A stretch of 64,000 nucleotides of DNA from assembly GCA_964234715.1 (NCBI GenBank), contig OZ174275.1; one strand, given 5' to 3'. The stretch's first letter is position 1. Every line of letters begins with the position of its first letter. Shown here piece by piece: positions 13,470 to 26,512 of this stretch. The DNA is from Podarcis melisellensis (Eukaryota). Position numbers and translations under genes: made by a program. The notes beneath the pieces are model-generated. The model made no database searches. It saw only the letters and a list, made by a program, of their open reading frames with translations, and was not told the origin of the DNA.

Positions 13470-14292
13470 ACACACTATCCAAAATCTTAGAGGCTAAAAA
13501 AAGCTATTACTTTTTATAGCTAATTAGTGTCTAATAATCAATTTGACACATAGACTTTGATAAATGAATGGAATAAAGAATTAATGAGCCCCATCTTAAA
13601 CAATGGGATAATGTACTAGCCTCCATTTCTAAAGTGTCATTAGATTACAAACTATGTCTCATACAACAAAAGATTTTAATTTGAGTTTGTTGGACTCCAT
13701 CACGATTGCTTAGCATGGTCTATAAATGACAACATGCTGTTGGAGATGCAATATGGAAAATGCTTCTTTGAAACATGTTTATACAGTGTTTGCACATTTT
13801 GGGGGGGAAAAGCTAGGGTGTATAAATACTATTGTGGGGAAAGAGTTAAAAGTTTCGTCATTTAAAGCTATATATCTAATATATGGAGTTTGACAACTGG
13901 TCAACATAAATGGATTCTCCATGCCCTTACAACTGCAAAAAGACATTGGAAGGATAAAAATATGCTCCCTTTGATCAATGGATAGACAACATGACAACTC
14001 TAGCAACCTATGAATGGATCGCTTTCAGACAAAGATTACATATGGACAAATTTAATGATATTTGGAACATATTTGTTGAAAACATAGTTGACTCCTGAAC
14101 CGACGTATACATGACGGAAATAATAAGTTTATCTACTTACATATATGCTACATAGCTCTGCAATCTTAATTACATGTTATTGTTAACTTCATTATTATTG
14201 TTTTCCTTTGTTTTTATGTATTTTTTTCTTTCTCTTTTTCCTCATTTACTTTAATTCACCATAAAACTTTCAATAAAATATAAAAAAGAAAG
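13470..14292 (+). mobile_element. Decayed L1-clade LINE 3' fragment (ORF2 C-terminus, 3' UTR, A-rich tail)
   Basis: Frameshifted remnants WTPSRL, CWRCNMENASLKH (zinc-knuckle-like), WILHALTTAK, HWKDKN, QWIDNMTTLATYEWIAFRQRLHMDKFNDIWNIF. Then AATAAA and an A-rich tail near 14272-14292. The 5' boundary is approximate. Confidence 0.75.
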
Positions 14293-16313
14293 TAAAGACA
14301 ACCAAATAATGCAGCTGCCCCTAAGCCTAGCCTACTGTCAAACATTCAGGCTGCTATGGTCTGTTCCTTGTCATAGATCCGAGACTTAGCAGGATTCTGA
14401 AATTCTATACAGCAGTTCTCTTAGCAGTAGTTAGAACCTCAATGAGAATTTTGCTTTTTTAAAAAATTAAAATCCATAGTTTCATATACGGTACTTATAA
14501 AAGGGTGTGTACCTTTCGTTGAAGTCTCATTGACTTCTGCAACACCACACTTAATCAGCATGCACGTGGTGGGCAGATAATCACAGCAACAATTTGCATT
14601 ATTTCTAAGATATTCAATTTCATATGATGTAGAAAGTGACCACTTAGGAAGGTCTTGTCTCCTTTTAACTGAAGATGTTAAATTACTACACACTTTCTTT
14701 TCCCATTTAACCAGGCAGATTTTAGTTTTCACCCATTAAGGATTCTACAGGAAAGAGATATATATTACAGGGCTTGAAAATGGACCGTTGTTCAGTTATT
14801 GAGAAAGTTTCAGGATAAATAACGAGGCAATTTTGCACTCATTTTAGCTCTGCATTGCACATGCAGGCTATTCATGCTTTGTTAAACATTTTCAGGTGTC
14901 AGTTATTGAGCCATACTCTTGATCTCAATGGCTCATTACGTGCATTTTCACCCATCTTTCTTTTGCTTATAATCAATTTCCTTTGTGAATGAGCAAAACC
15001 TGAGTACATATTAAAGAGAGGAGGAATATTTTTTTTTTTTGCTTACTTTAATTTCCATTATTATGGATTTTCAAAGTGAAATACAATGGAAATAAGGTTG
15101 TCATTTTTATTGTGATGGGGTGTGGAGAGGAAGAATGCAAGGCAGTGCTGGTGAATGGTCTGAAAACAAGTTGAAGAAAAGCCCAGAAAGACTTCTCTGG
15201 AACAACATACAGGGACAAATATTCAAGCACTCTCCAATTAGTTCATTATTTTTGCTTATATGGTGTGATGGAGTGTTTATGTAATTATGCATGCAAGGAA
15301 TATTCAGACTTTAGCATCAACTCCAGAATCGTCATGGTGAAATGCATAGACCATCTCATCAAACTCCAGCTGCTCTGTGACATATTGATAAAATGAACAG
15401 CTTATACATGGTGACAGGACAGCCCAACCTTCTCATCCATTAATGCCCTTACTGCCTTTATTAAATTCCTTCAAAGCATTAAATGACTTTGTTTTCAAAG
15501 TGACTCAGAAGAATTGCACAATGACAACTTGGCTATGCTTAAAGTAATTCTGTTCCACTTGTTTATAGTGAACTTTTCAATCCAAGAATAAATGTTCAAA
15601 TTCATAGCCATCATAACAGTCTTCAAATCAAAAAGCCTCAAGTTGCCTTTTCTCTAAACACAAATAATCTAATATTGCTCATATCCACTCCCAATTTTTA
15701 AAAGGCATTAATTGTTTCCGAACAAAAAATAAAACTATACCCAATAGCATTACACAGCTTGTTTATTTAAATTTGTACACTGCCGTATTCTAAGACTTCA
15801 GTCGGTGAAAAGACCAGATTTATGAAGGAAGATAAATAAGGGCACCTGTGAGGAAGTCCCAGGTGCAATAGGATTTGTTGGAAGGCCCTCTCTGACTTCA
15901 CAGAGCACCAATATAAGAAAAGGGAGAACCAATGTCAGATTTCCCTTCCCTATGACTGCTGAAGCCTCTGACATCCTGTCCCAACAAAAGGAGCACTGAC
16001 ATCAATATGGCGAAAAAGGGAAAACCAGGAAATGGCTTGGATTCATCCAACTTCCCCTCTCACACACCCAAACGGGGAAGAAATTTAGAGATGTTCCTAA
16101 CCACATCTAAACTACTCTGCTTACATTGTTTCCATGGGCAGGGCTTTACATATGACAATTACATGGCCTTATCTCCCCTGACTACTACCGTAAGATGCCA
16201 CTCTAAATAACGTTTATATAATAACATTAAATCTGTAAGAAAGTTTGCTGAAAAGATAGAGGCTCTTCTTATCATTTTGCTTGAAGTTACTTTCTCAAAC
16301 TTAAAATACTTAC

Positions 16314-16571
16314 TGTGAAGATAAGGAATAGTGCTTATTATCCATTCATCTGTTAGCATGCCAGTTTTTGATGTCTCAACGCATTTCAGCTGACTTGAAG
16401 ATTCCCTTGATTCAATCCAACAAACTGTGTTCGTGTTGTATATAAAATCCAATGTCTGAATTCCAGTTCCTCTCACAAAGCCAAGTGTGGATGATTTAGT
16501 TCCATTTAGATATAGGACCTCAATAGTATCAGAGCTTGCAATCAAAAGAACTGGAGGTGAATCATTAGGAT
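16314..16571 (-). CDS. LRP1B: LRP1B-type coding exon (human exon 6 equivalent), start of first beta-propeller
   Basis: ttccag|ATCCTAAT...CTTCACA|gtaagt; 258 bp, phase 1-1. Reads (D)PNDSPPVLLIASSDTIEVLYLNGTK...TLDFIYNTNTVCWIESRESSSQLKC...LTDEWIISTIPYLH(N). CWIESRESSxQLKC and TIEVxYLNG fit LRP1B rather than LRP1. Confidence 0.95.
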
Positions 16572-16776
16572 CTGGAAAACATTAACAGAACAAACATTAA
16601 GGAAATAAGAGAATGGTTCATTAACAAATAAAAATGAACACATTAAAATATACCCAACAATTGCTTTCAGGAATTATATCAGTTAATATAGATTTCAACC
16701 TGGAGTGCTAATCCCACTTTCATTGCATTGGAAGAAGATTCAGTAATGACCAGCCACCTTACATTTAAGATTAGGT

Positions 16777-17486
16777 TGTGAAGGAAGGTGTGTGTGTGTG
16801 TGTGTGTGTTTGTGTGTGTAAAATAAGCCAGTTTTTAGTTGTGATTTGAGCACAAGTCACTCATTTTTGCCTGCTTCAGAACGACCCATGAGTGTACTCA
16901 AATTGGACAGGAAAGAGGAGGTGGAATGCTAGCTGTGGAGAGTGACAGAAAGGTATTGTTAGAGATTTGTGGCAAAACCTATAAATTAATAAATGCCAGG
17001 GTTTTGATTAACGGGGGATGGGTTAAAACAAAGTGCAGGGCTGTGCCAGACTGTGAATTCTCAGGCTGGGTTACTCAAATCAGCCTGACCGAGCTAGGTT
17101 ATGGGAACAATGAGCCATTGAAGGTTGTTGCCAATGCAAGAGAACCCTAGGGACAGGGGTTGGAAAGGTTGCCAGGGTAACTGCTCTGGGGGAGGGCAAG
17201 GTGCTTCTGGGAAGAAGGAGGAGGAAGTAAGTAAGGGGGAGATCCATCTTGGCGAGGGTAAAGGAAGGACTGTCTACAGTGCTCTGGGCCATGCTGCAAG
17301 ATCAGGACCCCCTCCCTACAGACTGAGAGTGTAAATAGGCAAATAACCCATATTTCTTAATGCACAATTGTCTCCACAGTGTCTTCTATTTTCCAAAGGG
17401 ACAGAGACCCTGTGTGGGTGCCTGAAATCCCATGAGCTCTTGCCATGGCTTGGCAGAGACAGGGAGGGCCTCAGGCTTTTGTAACA
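16777..17486 (+). mobile_element. Possible solo LTR (Gypsy/ERV-like)
   Basis: Starts TGTG and ends TGTAACA, with a purine-rich body and a degenerate polyA signal (aaataacc) near the 3' end. No TSD found. Confidence 0.35.
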
Positions 17487-17687
17487 GTATGAAGTCTAAA
17501 TCTGATCTGATCTGAACATCCACCCAGAAATGAACAGGATGAGAAAAGTTCTTGAAGAAACTACTATCAGACACCATGATCCTCAAACCCCAGAGGAAAA
17601 CATAGCTTCCCTATTCTGTGCATCACCAGGACAGCTGGTCCATCCAGAAAGTGTACCATGGGAACTGGGCAATGGATCTGCTGAATT

Positions 17688-17983
17688 CAGACCCTCCAAG
17701 GGACAGTCCTGGATTGACAGAAGCCATCCTGGTTTCTTATTTGATCCTAGAATGTCCCACTTTTCCTTAGGATGCCCCTATTTTCATGAGAGAAATGTTG
17801 GAGGGGCATGGAATAGGATGTCCCCAGGGCTTTTTTCCCAGTTGGAACTCACCAGAACTCAGTTCCAGCACCTCTCAGGTGGGCACCACTGCTATCTAAG
17901 AGAATGAGTTGAGTTCTAGCATCTTTTTCTAGAAAAATAGCACTGGACATCCCTATTTTCCTCAGAGAAATGTTGGAGGGTAT
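17688..17983. mobile_element. hAT-like MITE hosting a nested insertion
   Basis: Left end CAGACCCTCCAA is inverse to right end TTGGAGGGTAT. The cctattttc...agaaatgttggaggg unit occurs twice. Confidence 0.6.
17825..17945. mobile_element. Nested 121-bp hAT MITE with 8-bp TSD
   Basis: TIRs CAGGGCTTTTTTC / GAAAAATAGCACTG. Flanks GATGTCCC and GACATCCC. Confidence 0.75.
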
Positions 17984-19322
17984 TTGAGTTAGGAAGTCAG
18001 GCCACCTTCCCCTATATAAATTCTCTTATCTCCTCAGATCTCCGAACAGATTAATTTGTGAAGATTTGAACTGGAATTACCCTGATGAAGTCAGATGAAG
18101 TTAGGCTAGAGAAGTTAGATTATAAACTAAGCAAGGATATGAATCTGGTTTTCTGAAATAGAAACTTAACTATCTAGCTTTTATACAACACAGACTCCAG
18201 TTCCACACTGAAAATATAGTATTGTGTTGTTGTTTTTTAAAAGATGTAGGCTCTAAAAGGATGCAATAATCTTTCTCAGGCATAAAACTAAAAACGAACA
18301 TTTGTAGCAGTATTAAAAGTTAAGGGAAAATAAAAATAAATGAAATTCAAGAATGATTGCTGTACTCTTTCTGTATAATGATGAAAATGTATGGCAGTGT
18401 GTCCAAGAAATTCATATTGGATAATGGTACTGAACGATACCTCCCAAAGACGGCTTTGCACATCCTCCCAGGTTTATGACAAGGGAAATGGTATATTCAA
18501 TATTGAATTGCAGCAACTGATATTTTTTAAAGTGCTGATCATAGTTGGTGAAAACAAAGGTGAAGACAACAGGCTTGTGATTTGAAATACAAAAGTCTAT
18601 GTTCGGCACACTCCCACCCCTGAACTAGAATTTGTCTCAGGAGAATATCATGCAGTAAGGCCACGCACCAACACAAACGTCATAAAACTGGAACTAAATA
18701 ATAATTCACATCATTAGAGGTTGTGTCAGTCACATGTTGACACCTAATCTATACGTGTTAACTCATATTCCTCCTGGAGAGGTCTGGCAAGTTGCCATCC
18801 TCCTTAGGACCATCATTTAAAACAACAAGAATGACAATATCCTAAACTGGAACAGATAAGCAATGACAATTCACTGTAGAGATTTGCTTGCCTCTGGAAG
18901 AAAACACCCAGATTTGTCTTCCATTCTGATTCACTTTGATTAGCTTCATGACATCCACTTCTTCCAACTGCTCATGAATTTTCAGAAAACTGCAGGAAGT
19001 TGTATGTGCTTACAGGATGCAACTATTCCAGGTATTTAAATGTGAGAGCGTTCACAGTAAATAGGTATTAAAATATAATTTTTGAAAGGATGATAATGTT
19101 CCCTGCTATTTTGGAAGGTGTTTGTTTGGGATAGCAGACCAGTTATTGTCTTTATGTCCTTATTCAGCCCTACTATTTTGTTGTTATTTTATTATATTGC
19201 TTTACTCAGCTTAGGTTTATATCAATGATACACTACCATCTGGATGAAAGATCTAAGTATTTTGTTTTGAATAAAATAAATAAATTGCTATATTCACAAC
19301 CAATGTGTTTATAGCTCTAAGG

Positions 19323-19443
19323 CAGGAGTAGCCAATGCCGTGTCCTCCTAATGTTGTGAACTCCAACGTCCATTGCCCCAGCCAGCATGCCCAATGGTCA
19401 GGGATGATAGTCCTCAACATCTGGAGCACACTATGCTAGCTTC
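19323..19443. mobile_element. Decayed palindromic hAT MITE
   Basis: tgttgtgaactccaac...cccagccagcatgcccaatggtcagggatgat...caacatctggag core. Confidence 0.55.
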
Positions 19444-19938
19444 TTAGACAGGTCTTAACTGCAATAGTCATAAGCCATGTATTGTGTAGACCAGCTTGTT
19501 GGAAGAAGCCCTAAACTACTGTATATGCATCACATTTTAAATGTTTTATGCAATACACAATTTGCTGGACAGGTTTATGTAACGCAGGTAACTCGCAGCT
19601 TACTTGCATTCATATTCAACTTTACGTGGTTGACAGCTGGCCAGTTGAAATCCCACAACTTTATACACATGGAAGGTAGGGCACTTATAAGTTATTTTTG
19701 CACTGGGTTTTCCACATAACAAATCATACAGAAAATAATGCAAACTGGTGCCTCATCTCTTTACACATCCTCTATGGCAAGACTTGCCTAACTTAGGAAC
19801 AAGCCAGCAGCAGAAACTTTCGTTCTATAGTTCTTATTCATTCACAGGGCCTTGTGTAGTAGAACATCCTTGTCAATCGTATAAGTGTCCTGCTTTTACT
19901 ATCTATTTTTGCTTGTCTTGTGCTACCTTTCTCTTCAA

Positions 19939-20080
19939 AGAATCACAGATTTGTAGAGTTGGAAGAGACTATGAGGGACACCTAGTCCAACCCCCTGCAA
20001 TGAGGGAATCTTTCACTCAATGTGGGGCTTTAATCAGTGACTCTAAGATGGAGTCTCATGCTCTACCGACTGAGCTATCC
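19939..20080 (-). mobile_element. tRNA-derived SINE with CR1-like 3' tail
   Basis: Minus strand starts GGATAGCTCAGTCGGTAGAGCATGAGACTC (A-box, tRNA-Lys-like) and ends gcagggggttggactag...tcttccaactctacaaatctgtgattct. Confidence 0.8.
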
Positions 20081-23000
20081 TTCAGGGCTTGTTTCAAAAT
20101 GGCTTGCTGTGGTCCTGTTCTCTCTCTAGTGGCCTCTGATCTTTCTAAAAGCATTCTGTTATTTTTCCCTACATTACATTATATTCCAAATCTCAAGTGT
20201 ATACAAGATCTCAGATGCACAACAGCTAGAGATAAACAACAAAGAAAAGCACACAATCTGAGCATTTTTGCAGTGTTTTGAACATATATGCGGATCTACT
20301 TTGCTGTATTTGAAAGGCTGTAAGAAAAGCAATATTCTAGTGACAACGAGACTATAATTAGGCCAAATGAGTTTTAAACTGTTCAAATAATGATGCTGTA
20401 TTTGGTGTTTTAATGAGACATGAAATGGCACACCTCTAACCCACATATAAAAAAAGTCCTTAATTATATCTCTCTTTCTCAAAAGGTAGTTAGTTTGCTC
20501 CTTGACTGTGGTTAAGATGATGAAAGACTTGTATTCTATTCTCTTCCTATCTGCTTTTTACTTGAACCACAGATCAATAAACAGTGTCACAGCACATAAG
20601 AAACCAAAGTCTCCCTCTGCTACGCTGCCACCATCAGCTACAACTCTATTGCTGAATAAAATCTTCAGAGTATTAGAGGATATGCTTACCTTATAGAACA
20701 TCTTTTACAAAGGAAAGACAGAAAAAGACTGGGGGAAAATTACAATCCACTTTGAATCATCTTGCTATATTAAAAACAAGCTTTATAACAGATGATTCAA
20801 TAGGATCCAGAAATTTGCTAGGACTGAGACAAAAGGCTGGTGGGAAAAGAATGCACGAAGTACAGAATTTGAAAGAAAACAAGAGCAGAAATCTATTTCC
20901 CAATTATATGCCTGAAAAAAAGAGCAGTGCAGATTTGAAATCCTAAAACTTTAATTTAATTTAGTGAGTTTCTCACATGGGCATTGTCAATTTGTTCTGA
21001 ATCTTTTTTAGAAGAGTAGAAAAACATACACATTAAAGACTGTGCAGAGCAGACACCTTTTGATCATAGTAAGGCTCTCTTCCTTTCATTACAGTCTATT
21101 TTTTCCCATAGATCTGGTGTAAATGAGAAATATAACCTTGCATGAGCTTTTGCAGAAGCTAAAAATTTAAGTAGCTGTTTTTGATATTCTTTTTCTTGCA
21201 TTGACACTAACATAGTTTTGAAAGCCTTGCAAAGAAGAATAAAGGTTCTGAATCTTCAGCAAAACTCTATTTCATTCCCCCACCACCACCCACTAACTAG
21301 GGGTTCTGGCCTACTCTCAGTAATGCAAATATGAGTCCGATTGATTCCAGTCAGCTAAATGGATTATTATCAAGGAGCAGGCCTGCAGCCTAGTTATCAA
21401 CTAGATATTTGGGGGGCTTTTTAAAAGAAAAAGTAGACATAAAAGGATTGTAAGAAATCTGATCACAGCTTTATGGCAGCTATTTCAGCATCTAATTTCA
21501 AATCTCATTTTGGAACCTGATTTATTTTTTTAAGCCAATGATGGTCACTGTCCACTAGGACTGGTGAGGTGAAGGGCAGGGCAGAGGGCAGGGCAACTAA
21601 GAGCAGTCAGAGCTGGAGGAAGGCAGAGCACACGTGCCACATACAGAGACAGAATTTAAGTAGTGAAGTGGGGAGAAAGAGTAAGGCGAAGGGAAAGGAA
21701 GAAACAGGGAAGTTTAGGGGCAGAAGCAGCTGGGAAAGGGCAGACAAGTTATAGGCAGGTGAGAGCTCTCCTGTGCTGCACTGAAAAAAAGGAAGCCCTT
21801 TTATCCCAGCACAGCACAAAACCTAAACAACCTGATCATGGTTCCAATATAGCAACTTTTCCTCTGCTTCTTCTTGCTCAGTCTTTGAAGTGGTGTGTTG
21901 GCTAAGCATCCTTCTGTCAGAACAGAACGCAGCATCAGCAATGTGAGAGGTTGAAACCATCCTGAATGAATTCTAATTGTTCGAGGGATACCACTCAAGA
22001 GTAAAATTGGGAGAAATAGGACTCACAGGATGGAGGTTTAGTTAAGCTCAGACTGGCTTGACATTCATTAGGTACTGGCAGCAAATGCAGATCTAGGGGA
22101 GCTTGACTAGTTTGGTTGCCCAGGGTGTGGAGCTTCTGGGATGCCACAGTAGGCACCACAACTATGAAGTCCAATGGAAAACAAAAGGTGGGAGGGGTGG
22201 CACTAGATTTTGACGTCACACAGGGCACCACTGAAATTTGAGACTCCAGAGTCTGCCGCTGCTGGCACAGTCATTCATTTGCGGCACAGAAGCTGAACAG
22301 ACACTATATTTAGAAAAATGTACACTCATGAATGAACCCCCCCCCCTCAGAATGTTTCTCTTGTTGAAGGCAAACAGGTAACTTTCACATATTCCCTCTT
22401 GCAGACCTCTTCTGTCCCCTGAAAATCTGCCTTAGAGGGTAGGGGGAAATAACCTCGTGTTTAAAATGGGAGAAATATTCTGCAATGTCTCCAGTGGATT
22501 GATTGTGGGCAATGGTCTCGAACAAGGCTAGCTGGCAATGTTGTCAGGCTCAACTTTGGCAAGCGTCAGCTCCACCTCCAAGTTCCTGATTGAAAATTCT
22601 AAAGTGTAGCTGATCCCAGTGAGGCTTGAAGTTACTGCTGATCAGCATAAACTCCAAGCCCTGCTTTCAGCAGAGATGGGCTTCTGTTGGTGCTTGCATT
22701 GGGTGCCAAATTTAAAAGGCACCAAGTACAAGCCCCACTAGCCAATAAACAATCAAGAGTGTGTTTTAAGATTCACGACTGTTCCTTTGCAGTCACATCT
22801 TTACCTGCCCCATACCTGACGTCATAAATGGCATCAAAGGTGGGCATGGCTTGGGGGAAAAACCGCCTCACAGGTAAAATTAATAATAAATTAGGCTCGG
22901 CTGCCATGTTTAAATAGACCTGGAGTATCAGAGGTTGCCCACTGCTGATTTAGAGAATTGACTGATTAATAGATAGCTATTAGAATAAAATGGCTGCCAC

Positions 23001-23134
23001 TGAAATTTCTGTGGGAATATAATAAAAACATGGTGTTTCATTTGAATAAGTACTGTACTGCACTCTTTCTTCAGAGTTGGAAAAGGCTCCTCTTGTGCAA
23101 CCACATACACTGATACCAGAAAGCAGGGCTAAGA

Positions 23135-23222
23135 GTGTTGTGGGACTCCAACTCCCATCAGCCCCAGCCAGTGTGGCCAATGGTCAGGGATAATGGGAGC
23201 TCTAGTTCAGCAACACCTGAAG
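23135..23222. mobile_element. Internal part of a palindromic hAT MITE
   Basis: gactccaactcccatcagccccagccagtgtggccaatggtcagggataatgggagctctagttcagcaaca. Confidence 0.6.
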
Positions 23223-25289
23223 TAAAAAATGAAACTGACCCTGTCCATCCAACATAGACATTTGTTGGATATCAAACAGCAAGCCCCAGTGATTTAGTGC
23301 CACTGGGTGCATTTTTTAAAAAGCAGCTGAGTGATGCAGAGTTCTGGTCATTTTGGCTGATATAATACTGCCAAGATTCTGGGCCCACGAGGGGGAAAGG
23401 AATAAATAATTCCAGGCTCTACATTTCCTGATTGGAGAGCTCTCTCAGCTATGGGAGTGATGTAGAGGCAATGAAGTGCAGGAACGGCTGCTAAGGCAGG
23501 CCAAACAAAATGAAATTAAAAAGAAAGCTTCATATAACGGACATTTTCCTTCCAGCAAAGTCCCTTGCTTACAAGGACACAGGGAAGGAAGAGCAAAGGA
23601 AGGTTTTTCTGTCATAAAACATAGAACTGTATAGGCCAAAACAAAGCCCTACATTGACACTGTACATTACTAGCCAGGCAGGGCTAGTTGTCACTGTTTT
23701 GGTTGTATTTATCTGCAACCCAAAAGGAGGTACCTCTCTAGTACCACTGAATAATAGGAAATGCAAAATATATAGATGGGTTGCACCAAAAAGAAAAGAA
23801 ATAAAAACAAAAATGAATGGTATAGGAGTAAAACAAAACAGGGATGATGTAAAGTTACCTAGGCTCACAAACTTGAGAAGTTTGCTGCATATCACTATAC
23901 TTTCAATTTGTGGCTGGCCTAATCTGATGAATGCTGTAATCCAACGTCTGTGAATCACAAGTAGACCTTAGTCCCAGGTAAGTGTACATAGGTATCTACC
24001 CAAATACTGAAAAATACTTATTTCATAACAGAAAAAACTAGGTTAAAGTAAAAAAAAAAAGTGTTTATCTGTAGTTAATTGGCAGTTTTGAGTACAGTAT
24101 CAGCAATGACACCTGCCAAAACCCACTAAAATGACATTCATGATGAATGACAAGTGAAAAGAAATATTGAAATTGATTTTTGCTGCATAATCTTAGTTTG
24201 TATTATATTACTATATTTCAAATCCATTGCTGTGGTTTGTGGATCAATATGAAAACTAAACAAGTTTTATTTCTTGGGCTTATAAATGCCTTTACTCGTG
24301 TATACTGCTCATAGCGTCATGATCCTATGTTTATTTTAGTTTCAGTATAATAAATTTATGTAACAGTATGAACCATCCAATTAACCCCTCTGTATGTCCA
24401 TAAAAAACAGTGCAACTCAGAAGTTACAGTGAATTCAAGGGACTTACTCCATTGTAAACATATATAAAAGTATTTTTCATTTATTTTGTTTTTCATTTGC
24501 ACCATGGAGAAGGGTGGTCTCCTTTTACATCCCAATTTCTTTTTCTTCTCTTTTTCACAGTAAGGCAGAATGCCTTGTGTGTCATTATGCATGCTGATGG
24601 TGAACAGATTGCAGGGGGAAAATAGGCTGTAGAGTCAACACATTGGCTAGGGAAATCCTTTCTTCAATTTGACTTCATTAAACCAAACTTGCTAATTCCC
24701 TTAAATGCTTAGTTTATTATTGCTAATGAAAATATGCATTAATTATCTAATAAGGCATAGTATTAATACCATTAAATCAATGCTCATGGGATGTTGCTAG
24801 GAGCAAGGCAGAGTCTCAGGTCTAACATCCAAAGGGAATAATTACTTCCTGATAGTTTCATTTAAGGTGGACTTAAATTATTATAAATACTCATCTGTAT
24901 GTGGGAGAGAATCAGATGAGATCTAGTTGAAGGATAGAACTGACTGAATTAACCTTGACTGAGTGGAGCTGTCTACTCACATTAGCTAAACTTTTTCAAA
25001 TGTTTTTGACTAATATAAAGACTACCATCTAATACTTTGGGAAAGGTTTTAATCCAGCTTTCTGCTGATGTGTTAGTTTTCTATCTGCAAGGGGTTTGAA
25101 CTCTGACACCTTGAGGGTTCTGTTCTGGTTCTCCAACTATATAAAATGTGAAAATGAAAGAAATTTCATTCATACTTTGGCATAATCTATCACATTTACT
25201 AAGGCAATAAGTGTTAGCTACTGCAAATAAAGATAAATATGAAAGAGCTGGGGGAAAGAACTACATAAGTGACAACTGTTTCTCCTTAC

Positions 25290-25418
25290 CTCTTTTAACT
25301 TTGCAAGATTTTTTGTCTGGCTGAAGAAGATAACCTTCCACACAGCTGCAAGCATACGAGCCATCTGAATTTTCGCAGGTTTGGCTGCAGACCCCATACA
25401 GACTGCATTCATTTACAT
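25290..25418 (-). CDS. LRP1B: LRP1B-type coding exon (human exon 5 equivalent), calcium-binding EGF
   Basis: catcag|ATGTAAATGAATGC...AAAAGAG|gtaagg; 129 bp, phase 1-1. Reads (D)[42 protein letters not shown](D), with the D-x-N-E-C cbEGF consensus. Lies inside ORF 25261..25521. Confidence 0.95.
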
Positions 25419-25592
25419 CTGATGGGAACATCAAAATGGTTTGATTAGAAGCAAGTGTTAGAATGAGACATTTACATACAAAGCCCCCTTCCTTTTGTCT
25501 AAACATCAAGCTTTCTTTCATGTATCCTTTTGAGTCTCAGGCCATATGGTACAGCTGGAATCTGGGACATTAGCTGTCTGAAAAGATGGTCT

Positions 25593-25840
25593 GAAGAAGA
25601 AGAGTTGGGATTTGATATCCTGCTTTATCACTACCCAAAGGCGTCTCAAAGCGGCTAACATTCTCTTTTCCCTTCCTCCCCCACAACAAATACTCTGTGA
25701 GGTGAGTGAGGCTGAGAGACTTCAGAGAAGTATGCCTAGCCCAAGGTCACCCAGCAGCTGCATGTGGAGGAGTGGGGAATTGAACCCGGTTCACCAGTTT
25801 ACGAGTCTACCGCTCTTAACCACTACACCACACTGGCTCT
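25593..25840 (-). mobile_element. Near full-length tRNA-derived SINE (Squam3-like) in the 974-bp intron
   Basis: Minus strand AGAGCCAGTGTGGTGTAGTGGTTAAGAGCGGTAGACTCG...GGTTCAATTCCC (A and B boxes), body, then a (CTT)n tail. Confidence 0.85.
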
Positions 25841-26392
25841 GACTATCTGAGGGCTACCCAGTAAATGTGTGAAAGTTGATGAAAGAATGTTCACATCCTA
25901 GTTAAAAGCAGGATGACTTTCAGATTCCTTCCATCAATTCTGTAACTGCACTCTAATATGTTTTCAGGGTTTCAATGTTCTGTTTCCCCCATGATCTGCC
26001 AATCTCACCCCTCTGTTCTGCTCTGTTAAGTCAGATGATCCTGGCTAAGCAGCAATGACATTCCATTTCTCTCACTTCTTGACAAAGGATCTTGCTAATC
26101 TGAAGAGTGACAGCACTGATTCCAACATTTTGACCTTTTTTAGGACCCCTGCATAAAAGTAATGTCCTGTTTGACCATTGGCTATTTTCTCACTCATCCG
26201 TGCCCAGGACTGAAATGCTATCCTGTTATATCACAAATATCTTACTATTTCAAGGCAATGGTTCTTCAGACAACTATGCATTTAAAATCATATGCAACTT
26301 CTCCAAGATCTCCTGAAATCAAGATGAAACCCCACCAAAGTAGTTCATTGAGCTCGAGGGCTTAAAAATAATATGACAGGATAGTTATTTAC

Positions 26393-26512
26393 CTTGGCAC
26401 GTTTTCCCATTGATGCCAAGTTCATATCCTTTCTCACAGTAGCATCCAGTTCTGTTCCTGGATATAGCACATTTGTACTGGCACTGCATTTGTTGACATT
26501 TTGGTTGCATTT
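26393..26512 (-). CDS. LRP1B: LRP1B-type coding exon (equivalent to human exon 4), EGF-like repeat
   Basis: Minus strand ttttgcag|AAATGCAA...TGCCAAG|gtaaat; 120 bp, phase 1-1. Reads (E)MQPKCQQMQCQYKCAISRNRTGCYCEKGYELGINGKTCQ(D), a six-Cys EGF aligning to recalled human LRP1B [30 protein letters not shown]...SCKD. This frame is not in the ORF track. Confidence 0.92.

Noticed and set aside
19939-20080. tRNA-like sequence (also 62925 and 25840)
   Set aside because: Cloverleaf is incomplete or degenerate and continues into LINE-like tails, so these are SINE heads rather than tRNA genes.
19748-20281. 177-aa ORF, the longest in the window
   Set aside because: Non-ATG start, runs through an antisense SINE, no recognisable homology.
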